A stretch of DNA of 64,000 nt. Source: Octopus vulgaris (taxonomy: Eukaryota). Shown piece by piece: positions 53,824 through 64,000 of this stretch; the first letter of the stretch is position 1, and every line of letters begins with the position of its first letter. The stretch is taken from NCBI GenBank assembly GCA_951406725.2, contig OX597842.1:15438001-15502000 (forward strand), in the 5' to 3' direction. Under the pieces are notes generated by a model. That model did not search any database, had not been told where the DNA came from, and saw only the letters and a list, made by a program, of their open reading frames with translations. The translations under genes and the position numbers were made by a program.

Positions 53824-56552
53824 TGAAATAGAAAGATGAATTTTCTTGTTACAGATTATTCAAAAGTTTAACCGATACCTGGGTTGCAAAAATCACAGCA
53901 GAAGAAAGCACGGTTGGAGATAAAACCATTTGGTGTTGCAACCGTGCGTTGGTGCGGATAATTGAAGTTTAATATTATTAATATTATTAGGCCTCACTAG
54001 AGAAGAAATTGATATTATTTTAGTTGCCAGAAAATCATTTATAAAGTTTGAAAATAAGTTGTGGATTCGTAAAGATACTCCCAATGAATTCGATGTGCCT
54101 ATGGGTAGTTCGGATAGTGCGCAGATAGCCGATTTGGTCGGAATCTATATTCTCTACGAATTATCCGACCAATTCCCGGATATCGCGGGCGGCCTGTATC
54201 GTGACGATTGTCTGTTTTACCTGCAAAACACCACGAACAGAATCGTACAGAAAACTAAGAATAGGTTAGCTAGGTTCTTTAATAGAATGGGCATGAATAT
54301 AGTTTTTGGTAATGAACTCACCATGGCTAATTTCCTAGACGTTACACTAAACCTCCATAGCGATTCATACTGCCCTTACCATAAGCCTTCCACTAATTTA
54401 CAGTATGTCAGTGTCTTCTCCAATCATGCCAAAACCGTAACATCTCTCTAAGATTGTCTAACTTGTCCGCTAGTGCCGACATTTTTATGCAGAAAGCGGA
54501 ATTTTATAACGCCGCACTATCCAAAGCCGGTTATAGGCAGAAGGTAGTATATATTGATCCAGCCCTTCCGATGCCACCATTCGGTCATCAGGATAGGGCC
54601 GTCTATAATAACATAAATAATTTAAGTAGTGACGGGAGCGCGGGGAGTGTTGGAGCAGGTACTTCCGGATTTAATTTAGGGAACAAAGATAATTATCGGT
54701 CCGGGGGAGGTCATACTAAACCAAAACCCTTTATTCATCCTAGAATCACCCACCCTAATGTTAGAGCTGGCTTCCCGACCCATCACATTAATAGGAATAA
54801 GCATATCTGGTTTGTAATTCCCTTTGGTAAGCAGATTAGAACTAACCTTCCCTCCTGTTTCGACAAGCCATTGCCAGTAACTTCCCCAGTAATTCCAAAT
54901 ATTACTCCACGGTTAATTCACATAAAGTTAGGATAGCTTTCTCCAACACAAAAAAACTTTCCCAGATAATCGCCTCCCATAATAATAGGCTGCTTATTAA
55001 GACCCTACCACCTTTGTCCGGAGGCGCAGCTCCGTCCGTTCCCAGTTCAACGCGCAGTAGGAATAATAATAGTAGTAATAATGATAAGAGAGCCAGTACA
55101 GTGACTGATAATCTCAGTACCAACCAGGGATTAAATAATAGGTTTAGCGATAGAAGAAATGGTGATGTCATTAACGTTAGTAATGGTAATAGTGAGGTGA
55201 ACGCAGTTCGGGTCATTAATGTAGAGAGTCCTAATAGCAACTTCAGCATCGTTTCCGGCAATAGCAGGCCCACGGATACTAGCAATTACAGCGCTCTCAG
55301 TGATAGGGATGACTCGGGGGTTAGTCCGTTAATTAATAGTGACAATGAGGAATATAAAGTAGTAAGCGGCCGCAGTTCTCACAATCAATATAGTAACAGC
55401 AACGCAGTTCTAATATCAGAAGCTAATCCCAATAGAATAAGGTTCTTATCGAGTAACTCCAAGATCAGAAATGCCATTTACCAATGCAAGGTTTACACGG
55501 ATTCAGATGTCTACTCGTATGTCGGGGCCTCATCGTCAAAATTGGCCTTGCGAATTTCGAACCATTTCGCAACTTTTCGCGACGTGAATAAATACCAAGC
55601 TACGGGACTTAGCAAGCGTATATGGCGTTTGAAGAACGCGAACTCAGTTTTTAGGCTGGAATGGTCGATTTTGTCGGTGGCCCTCCCATTTGATAGGGGC
55701 AAAAGGAAGTGCAATCTTTGTATCTCTGAACTTTTCCACATATTGTTCGCCAGAGACCGGTTGGTAAACGGACATTTACAGTCGGCTTTTCGATGTCCCC
55801 ATTGGCGGCGTTATACTTATCTTAGATATAAATGACACCTGAGACAATTAACACCTTGTTACCCTACTCAAATGAAAATAATCTTTGGAAATAAGTGTTG
55901 AAAAAGCTTTTTAAGAAATCTATGAATAACCCTTGCAAGGGGAAATTACTCCCATTAGGCGATTGGTGGGTTTTTTTTGGTAGCAAACGCTGGAATTTTA
56001 CATACCCTTAGGATTCTTTGACGACGTTGAATTTTGACAAGCAGGCCTAGACGAACACACGAACACAAAAAATATTTTCAGCCGCCTGACAGGTTTTTTC
56101 AGCAGTGATCATTATGTAGCGCCCCTTACCAACATACGGCCGCGCACACATAGGCCAGTATACACATACATGCTTCTAGGTAGTTTTTGTCTCGCCCCCA
56201 AAAAATACACCCCGTATTCCTAAAATATTCAGAACATTAGTTTTGGTCACACAGAACATCCCCACACCCCTTGCTCTTACCTACTGGATTTGACCGCCGC
56301 CTGACCTGTAAATATCTTCAACGCACCAACTAACGTACATTGATAAACAGTTCAGCCATGGGCTCTTAAGGAGCGTCCTTGTTCGAATTGCGTTGCTGCG
56401 CCTCTGTTTTGTTTTGTTCTGCCAACGGAATTCCTGTTTTTTCCTGAAGAGAAAGCTACAATATGGTATCCTTATTTAATCAGAATTTGGAAAATTGTGG
56501 CCTTTGAAACATGTGTAGAATGTAATAAAAGGAATTCTGTTCAATCTTCGTT
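53822..56552 (+). mobile_element. Penelope-like element, 5'-truncated and frameshifted: inverted tail + RT + GIY-YIG + 3'UTR with HHR
   Basis: FDVPMGSSDSAQIADLVG...GLYRDDCL...NFLDVTLNL; AIYQCKV...YVGASS...RISNH...IWRLK...WSIL...CNLCISE...CPH. Frameshifts near 54450 and 54860. Confidence 0.92.
56441..56520 (+). ncRNA. Hammerhead ribozyme, family H2
   Basis: ttc-CTGAAGA-gaaagctacaat...attgtggccttt-GAAA-catgtg-TA-gaa. Confidence 0.75.
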
Positions 56553-56564
56553 TATATATATACT

Positions 56565-56867
56565 GGGCAATGGCCCAGTGGTTAGGGCAACGGACTCGCG
56601 GTTGTAAAATCACGGTTTCGATTCCCAGGCCAGGTGTTGTGAGTGTTTATTGAGCGAAAACACCAAAAGCTCCACGAGGCTCCGGCAGGGGGTGGTGGAG
56701 ATCCCTGCTGTACTCTTTCGCCACAACTTTGTCTCACTCTTTCTTCTGTTGGCCGGCTCGCTTTGCCAGCGGGGTGGCGTCCTTTGAAGGCTAAAACAAT
56801 ACGAAGCGCAGTATGACCAGCGATGTGTAGCAACATCTGACAGCCTGGTTGGTCATGGTGACGGTGT

Positions 56868-56870
<3 letters not shown>
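56565..56870 (+). mobile_element. SINE family C, full length
   Basis: A-box tggcccagtggttag and B-box ggtttcgattccc; shared tail. Confidence 0.85.
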
Positions 56871-56899
<29 letters not shown>

Positions 56900-57865
56900 C
56901 ATACATATATATACACATAGAGGCACACACACACATATGTATGTATGTGTGTATGTATGTGTGTATGTATGTGTATGTATGTATGTATGTATGTATGTAT
57001 GTATGTATGTATGTATGTATGTATGTATGTATGCATATCTCTTGTTTTCCTTGAGTTAGTTATTAAACTGCAATCATGCTGAGGCAACAATTTGTCATGG
57101 TTTAATCCCAAATACTTTACTCCGGCAATTTTTCTTTAGCCTACGTCTTATTCTATCAGATTTCTTTTGCCGAACCGCTACATAATGGAGACAAACACAG
57201 ATACAAAGAGAGAAAGAGAGACAAAGAATGCGAGAATGATGCAAATAAACATGTAAAACTTCTTGCGATTGATTTATAAAATAAATACCAATGGATAGAT
57301 GTTAGCAGAGAGGAAGCAAAGATTGAGAATGTTTCACTCTCTGCTTTGTCTTTATCTCCGTGTATCCATGGATTTCTGTTGCAGCCACTCATCATGTCGG
57401 GGACTTGGTCGTCGGTAAAGCTTTCGGAGTCTAAGTTGAATCAGTTTGGTAGCTGCTAAGTGTTTTCTACATTGAGAATCTCTTGAGATCTGTTGAATCT
57501 CTCACTCTCTCTCTCTCTCTCTCTCTCCCTCTGTCCCCTCACTCTCTCCCTCTATGTATATATATATGTATGTATTATTATTACGTGCTGTACATATGAA
57601 TTTTGTTCCATCTTGCGGGTTATATGTTTATTCTATAATTAAATGTTCGAATTATGAAATGACGTGCGGTTGACCTTGTATCTGCTTGTTCAATGATTTT
57701 AGTTTGTATGTATGTATATATATATATATATATATATGTATTTATGTATATATATATGTTTATATGTATGTATTTATATATGCATGTATATATATACACA
57801 TACATATATATATGTATACGTATATATACTTATATTTATATACACCTATGTATTTATGTATGTAT

Positions 57866-57905
<40 letters not shown>

Positions 57906-58194
57906 CTATACAATATGTTACATTACTCGGTAGTCAAGATAAAACTCTGAGTTTCAGATGCCGAAGTGGAAATCCACAACACCATCTCTTCGGTTATCTG
58001 GCTATTTGAAAACGTTATGAAAAAATACCGTTAAAAATGAAGGGAAATTACTCTGTTATAACTCTGCTTTGCCTGCGTACTTATACATCGCTCGCATTTT
58101 TCGTCATAAAAATTATATAAAAATACATAAAAAATATATAAAAATATATAAAAATATATAAAATCTTCTTGGGACATAACACAGAAAGCATGTT

Positions 58195-60216
58195 CTATCC
58201 GTTTTCTTTAGGGGACCAAAAACGTAACAGAAATTTAGTCACATGTGGGCATGATCCGAAAAGTTCTGTCCTTGTATTTAGACATGTGGTAGGGTCTAAG
58301 CTGCTTTTCCAGATAAGCCATCTCTCCATGTCGCATAAACCGCACCTTCCGCTGCCGTTAGTATAGGGCTTACATCTGGCCAAAATCTTCCATTGTATGT
58401 TATAATCGACACCTTTATCTCTTAAAGACCAAATATGATTGGATAATTGTGTCGCTTTTCTTTTGTTCCAGTGCCTAAAGCTCAAAGTGTGGTTATTGAA
58501 CCTGGTCTTGAAATTACCCTCTGTCAGGCCCACGTATTTCTTCGTCAAAACGGTGTCTTTAGTGGTTATAGAGTTTACGGTAGCCTCATATATGATGGTC
58601 TTGGACATGCAAGCTCCATTTAGCGGGCACAATTCTTTATTCCTGCATGAACAGCTGTTTTCTTCTTGTGTTTTTTGTATGTTATGATTGATTATGTTTT
58701 TAAAATTGGTAGTTGAACTAAAACTAATTTTTAAATTGTGTCTATTGAAGAGTTTCCTATAAGCATGGTTAACTGGAAAATGTCTATCTATCAGTGCTAG
58801 GAAATATTTACCTATATTGAAGGCCACCTCGGGTGAGTAAGGGGGCGTAAACCAGATGACCTTCCTATTTCTATTATTCCTTTTCCTTATTGTTGGGCTG
58901 GTGATAGGTGTATATTTTATTTTTTCGCTAAAACCACTATCTTTTAAAGCTTTATTATAAACTGGGGCAACGCTATTGAAGATGTCCTCATTAGATGAGA
59001 GGCTAGAAATCCTATTACTAATATTTTTAACTAAATTTTTGAATACTATAGGGGGATGGCATGAACCTACATTAATATAACTTAGTCTATCATTGGGCTT
59101 CCTATAAGGCTTATAAATATTATTATTAAGATCTAAGGAAACGTCTAAGAAATTGACAACCGTCAGGTTAGTGTCTATAGTTATACTAAGTCCGAAGTGT
59201 TTCATTAACTGGATAATATCCTTCCTAAAACGATCTTGTGCTGGTCCATTTGTATTAGCTGTTAAGGCGAGGGCATCATCTTTGTAGATGGCGAAATGTA
59301 CGTTAGGGAATGTCTTACTGAAGGTATCTAGGAGAAAGAGTCCAATTAGATCACAGATGCCTGCCCCATCATATGAACCCATGCTCACATCGAAAGCGCC
59401 CTCCGTGTCGGTGTTTTTTACCCACTTTGCATTCTCACTGAAAAGTAATGTCTTTCTAGCATGGAAGATTATATCCTTATCATTGGTACTAATTTCTATG
59501 AAGTCACTAGCGAAGATTAGGGCTTTATCTAGCAGTTCTTTAGAGATAGAGGCATAAAAATCAACAATATCGAATTGTGTAAACCTCGCATTTTTCTTAT
59601 TCTTAATAGCTTTAAACCAGTCTACGACTTCTATACTATTGGACCATTGCACTAGCCTAGTATCGCTCTTAATTTTCGTATTTATTTTATCTAAAATTTC
59701 TTTGCTAATAATCCCTAGTTCTGACTTGGCTGGGTTGATAAGCCTACATTTAGGATTGGAAAGGAAGTTTTCTTTGTGGTCTTTAATAGTAATAAAGGCC
59801 TCTTTTTGGGGGAGGGTTTCTATTTTTTTATCTAATTTAAGTTTAGCGGCGATGACGCTAGCTTCTTTATTAATTTCGTTATATGTCTGTGCCCTAGCTT
59901 TAGTATAATTATTAATGATGCTGTTGTGTAAGAGTTGTGTGTATTTGCTGTTATCTACCAGGTATAAGTTCTTGGTTTTATCCGAAAAAAGTGCTTTTTT
60001 CTTGGAGCTTTTTATATGATCAATATCTTTCTTCAATTTATGTTGGAAATTGTTAAAAGACTTACGAAACTTTATTTTGCTCATGATCTTCAGCAGGTCC
60101 GCTTCGAAATCTTCCAAGCCTTTAATCCTAGGAGGGAATTTTTTGGATTTTATCCGATAGCAAATGTTTTCCTTGGTGTTCGCTTCTGTGTCAAAAAAGA
60201 AAGCCTTCCATCTCAT
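58195..60216 (-). CDS. PLE polyprotein: reverse transcriptase + C-terminal GIY-YIG endonuclease (673 aa from Met; frame open upstream to the inversion junction)
   Basis: MRWKAFFF...KDHKENF...CRLINPAKSELG...FDIVDFYASI...MGSYDGAGICDLIG...IYKDDAL...NFLDV...CSCRNKELCPLNGAC...IIYEA...YVGLTEGNFKTRFNNH...CGLCDME...CPH. Confidence 0.95.
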   Translation of the reverse strand: MRWKAFFFDTEANTKENICYRIKSKKFPPRIKGLEDFEADLLKIMSKIKFRKSFNNFQHKLKKDIDHIKSSKKKALFSDKTKNLYLVDNSKYTQLLHNSIINNYTKARAQTYNEINKEASVIAAKLKLDKKIETLPQKEAFITIKDHKENFLSNPKCRLINPAKSELGIISKEILDKINTKIKSDTRLVQWSNSIEVVDWFKAIKNKKNARFTQFDIVDFYASISKELLDKALIFASDFIEISTNDKDIIFHARKTLLFSENAKWVKNTDTEGAFDVSMGSYDGAGICDLIGLFLLDTFSKTFPNVHFAIYKDDALALTANTNGPAQDRFRKDIIQLMKHFGLSITIDTNLTVVNFLDVSLDLNNNIYKPYRKPNDRLSYINVGSCHPPIVFKNLVKNISNRISSLSSNEDIFNSVAPVYNKALKDSGFSEKIKYTPITSPTIRKRNNRNRKVIWFTPPYSPEVAFNIGKYFLALIDRHFPVNHAYRKLFNRHNLKISFSSTTNFKNIINHNIQKTQEENSCSCRNKELCPLNGACMSKTIIYEATVNSITTKDTVLTKKYVGLTEGNFKTRFNNHTLSFRHWNKRKATQLSNHIWSLRDKGVDYNIQWKILARCKPYTNGSGRCGLCDMERWLIWKSSLDPTTCLNTRTELFGSCPHVTKFLLRFWSPKENG

Positions 60217-60253
60217 ACGCTTAATTACATCAGTAATTTTTTGCAGAAGTTTC

Positions 60254-61218
60254 TTGTCAATTTCTTAGACGTTTCCTTAGATCTTAATAATAATATTTAT
60301 AAGCCTTATAGGAAGCCCAATGATAGACTAAGTTATATTAATGTAGGTTCATGCCATCCCCCTATAGTATTCAAAAATTTAGTTAAAAATATTAGTAATA
60401 GGATTTCTAGCCTCTCATCTAATGAGGACATCTTCAATAGCGTTGCCCCAGTTTATAATAAAGCTTTAAAAGATAGTGGTTTTAGCGAAAAAATAAAATA
60501 TACACCTATCACCAGCCCAACAATAAGGAAAAGGAATAATAGAAATAGGAAGGTCATCTGGTTTACGCCCCCTTACTCACCCGAGGTGGCCTTCAATATA
60601 GGTAAATATTTCCTAGCACTGATAGATAGACATTTTCCAGTTAACCATGCTTATAGGAAACTCTTCAATAGACACAATTTAAAAATTAGTTTTAGTTCAA
60701 CTACCAATTTTAAAAACATAATCAATCATAACATACAAAAAACACAAGAAGAAAACAGCTGTTCATGCAGGAATAAAGAATTGTGCCCGCTAAATGGAGC
60801 TTGCATGTCCAAGACCATCATATATGAGGCTACCGTAAACTCTATAACCACTAAAGACACCGTTTTGACGAAGAAATACGTGGGCCTGACAGAGGGTAAT
60901 TTCAAGACCAGGTTCAATAACCACACTTTGAGCTTTAGGCACTGGAACAAAAGAAAAGCGACACAATTATCCAATCATATTTGGTCTTTAAGAGATAAAG
61001 GTGTCGATTATAACATACAATGGAAGATTTTGGCCAGATGTAAGCCCTATACTAACGGCAGCGGAAGGTGCGGTTTATGCGACATGGAGAGATGGCTTAT
61101 CTGGAAAAGCAGCTTAGACCCTACCACATGTCTAAATACAAGGACAGAACTTTTCGGATCATGCCCACATGTGACTAAATTTCTGTTACGTTTTTGGTCC
61201 CCTAAAGAAAACGGATAG
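60254..61218 (+). CDS. Inverted duplicate of the PLE thumb + GIY-YIG region
   Basis: Identical translation from VNFLDVSLDL onward. The N-terminal part of track ORF 60016-61218 is antisense RT sequence. Confidence 0.85.
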
Positions 61219-61413
61219 AACATGCTTTCTGTGTTATGTCCCAAGAAGATTTTATATATTTTTATATATTTTTATATATTTTTTATGTATTTTTATATAA
61301 TTTTTATGACGAAAAATGCGAGCGATGTATAAGTACGCAGGCAAAGCAGAGTTATAACAGAGTAATTTCCCTTCATTTTTAACGGTATTTTTTCATAACG
61401 TTTTCAAATAGCC

Positions 61414-61476
61414 AGATAACCGAAGAGATGGTGTTGTGGATTTCCACTTCGGCATCTGAAACTCAGAGTTTTATCT
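61414..61476 (+). ncRNA. Hammerhead-like motif with C4 core, family H8 (mirror copy at 57937-57999, minus strand)
   Basis: agataa-CCGAAGA-gatg...gtgga-tt-tccac...catc-t-GAAA-ctc-a-gag-TT-ttatct. Confidence 0.7.
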
Positions 61477-61572
61477 TGACTACCGAGTAATGTAACATAT
61501 TGTATAGATAAATTTCCTCTATTTACATAATATTGAGGTCTCTTTCTTTCTTTTGTTATCTTACCGTTTTAT

Positions 61573-61642
<70 letters not shown>

Positions 61643-62002
61643 GTAGGAGTGGTATGTTGTAAGTTTCTTGCTTACCAACCACATTGTTCCGGGTTCAGTC
61701 CCACTGCGTTGCAACCTTGTGCAAGTGTCTTGTACTATAGCCTCCTGCCGACAAAAGCCTTTTGAGTGGATTTGGTAGACGGAAACTGTAGGCAGCCCGT
61801 CGTATATATGTATGTGTGTGTGTGTGTGTGTGTGTGTACGTTTGTGTGTCTGCGTTTTTCCCCCCAACATTGCTTGGCAACCGATGCTGGTGTGTTACGT
61901 CCCTGTAACTTAGCGGTTTGGCAAAAGAGACCGATAGAATAAGTACTAAACTTACAAAGAATAAGTCCTGGGGTCGAGTTGACTGAAACAAGTAAAAGAG
62001 TA
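61643..62002 (+). mobile_element. SINE family A
   Basis: Same motifs as the other family A copies, with a small 3' deletion. Confidence 0.85.
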
Positions 62003-62042
62003 AAGGCTATATGTATGTATTTATGTATGTATGCATATGTGC

Positions 62043-62090
<48 letters not shown>

Positions 62091-63054
62091 GGTATGTGTG
62101 TACACACACTCACGCAGATACATACAGAATTATCACAGCTGCAATACTGGATGTCATCGCCCTGATGATGTAATCTTAATTTAACACTTGAAGGGCAATA
62201 ACTCTTGTAGAATAAGATATGTTACTTCCCTTAATGTTGTTAATTAAATTCTTTCGTTGAGGTTCAATATTGAATTGAAATCTGTTTCAGTCAAATTTTC
62301 TTTCCGTTCTCCATTGGACAATAAAATGAAGTAGCAAAGGTCGCTTCTTGCGTGTGTATGTTCGAGTGTAACTCAAACCATTGATTCGCTTCCGCTTCTC
62401 TGACGCAGATAACCGTCTCTTTCATGGGCCACAATATAAATATCCCGCCAATTTAGGCGAGTGCGTCCGTGTTTCAGTGGAATTGCTCAAACGGTGATCC
62501 GAAATCGGTCTGCTTACCGTCGCCGTCCGATCATGCGAAAAAACAAAAACAATCAGTCAGGCGGGCGTCCGTTAAATCGATGAGGTGAAAACCATCGTTA
62601 GTTTACGATTAGTGATTCTCTTCGGAGAAACTTGCTTAAGAGAACAGTTACCACACTGCGGTGTGTTGTGTCTATTCTTGCGAAAGACATTATCCAGTAT
62701 CCGAGGCGTGGTATAGCTCGGTGTAAAGAGGTTAGCATTATCCAACGACATCGGCGACTCGAATCACTCGGGAAATCATCAAAACTGAATGATGCCGGAA
62801 AAGATGGCTCTACCCACCAGAACATGCATCCTCAACGTCAAGATATCAGTGTATTTGTCTAAGTCTCCCTCGGAGTCGAACCCAAGCTGGAGCCTCATCA
62901 ACGCCCTTCTCTGGTTGCTGGCTCTGTTCAGTGTGTCCGTCTGATTATTTTGTCGTCGTCTTGTTTCTCGACGTCGCTCGATGGAAATAGAAAACTGCGT
63001 GTCACGGGGCAATAACAGGAACACAGAGAGAGGAATGATGCTGGCTATCAGGCA

Positions 63055-63335
63055 GGCATTGGAGAGAGAGCGAAAGAGTGAAAGAAAGAGAGAGAGTGGG
63101 AGTGAGGGAGAACGAGTACGAGAGAGAGTGGGGGAAAGAGAGAAGGGAAGAGAGAGGGAGACAGTTAGGGACAGAGAGAGAAAGAGGAGAAAGAAAGAGA
63201 GAAAGACAGAGAGAGAGACAAAGAGAGAGAGAGAATGAGTAAGAGAGAGAGAGGGAGAAAGGGTGAGGGGGGGAGACATTAAGGAACAGAGAGAGAAAGG
63301 GAGAGAGAGAGATAGATAGGGACAGAAAGAGAAAG
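63055..63335. repeat. (GA)-rich purine tract
   Basis: Directly visible. Confidence 0.9.
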
Positions 63336-63349
63336 GGGCAGGTATTAGT

Positions 63350-64000
63350 TCTTCCGTCGTTGTCGACGATGGCCAAACACATTACATGGGAGAAGGAGAT
63401 GGGTAAAGGTGTGTCCGGCAGTGGTCGTCCAGTCCGATACGTGCTGGGGAGTCTTCGCCACAGGTCGGGCAATGGTTGTCTGCTGGGTCTGAAGGCAAGA
63501 AGCCGACTCTGGACCCGCATAATTGCCCTTGTAATCCTTTTCTAGGGTGCAAGGTGTATCTGGGTTAATTAGTACCTCTATCAAGGGCATATGCAGTGAC
63601 CTTTGGAGTAGTCCGTCAGCTTTCGTCCTCTTGTGACACCCACCTCTCATCTGTGGTTCATCAATGCTGTCTGCATGCAATAGTATCCACATCCAGGCTC
63701 ACGGCTTCAACAGGCTGGCTAAACCATGGTAAGGGTAGCAAACGGCCTTTAACCATTAGTAGGCTAGGGCTTGTCTACCTAAGGATGTGAACCGGTTGAG
63801 TGTACTGAGGAAACCACTAGACAGGCTCAACGGACCAGCAAGCTTTGTGGACAGTGAACTGCAACCTGTCTGTAGTTTTCTTGTCTTCATCCTTCCACTG
63901 GAATCACAGAGGAAGGGACGAGAGAGTTAGCCAGATGCTATTGTGCAACCTTCCCTCACTTTAATCCATGTCACGCTCAATTCAAGATATCACACCATCC
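63350..64000 (-). pseudogene. Degenerate RTE LINE 3' region
   Basis: C-terminal finger HCPTCGEDSPARIGLDDHCRTHL, preceded by a RGGCHKR-like motif; many stops. Confidence 0.6.

Larger units (their letters stand above)
57903..61575. mobile_element. Young Penelope-like element with 1257-bp inverted arms
   Basis: Arms 57903-59159 and 60254-61510 mirror without net indel around a 1094-bp spacer. The tail at 61511-61575 also occurs in reverse at ~37222-37287. Flanked by (TA)n. Confidence 0.96.

Noticed and set aside
56565-56640. tRNA gene
   Set aside because: A and B boxes are present, but the sequence continues into a dispersed SINE body; it is a SINE head.
54059-60216. Selenocysteine recoding as in Naiad PLEs
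   Set aside because: The endonuclease is C-terminal, and no in-frame TGA replaces a conserved Cys in these ORFs.
60016-60253. Novel N-terminal domain on the 400-aa ORF
   Set aside because: It is antisense RT sequence fused in frame at the inversion junction by chance.

Overview
This is AT-rich, microsatellite-saturated animal genomic DNA. The SINE families and repeat style resemble an octopus or other cephalopod, which is my inference. Most ORFs in the supplied track are translated (TA)n/(CA)n/(TATG)n/(AAT)n and are not genes. The real content is almost all mobile DNA: an R4/Dong-type RT abutting a (TAA)n tract, Tx1/L1-type and RTE-type LINE remnants, three tRNA-SINE families, Helitron pieces, and several Penelope-like elements (PLEs; RT plus C-terminal GIY-YIG) inserted in (TA)n. 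Two of the PLE insertions are young 3-3.6 kb tail-out inverted repeats. About 23-53 kb is a roughly three-copy tandem segmental duplication with an in-place ~2.5 kb inversion. The most striking signal is a dense, diverse set of minimal type-I hammerhead ribozyme (HHR) motifs from about 8-9 repeat families. These include a G3-C8 core-swap variant, two C4 variants, and a non-coding 481-bp HHR-to-HHR retrozyme-like unit found at both inversion breakpoints. Host-gene evidence is limited to one ankyrin-repeat exon with a damaged splice donor and a triplicated, stop-containing signal/TM exon. All calls come from manual reading; no database search or folding program was run.
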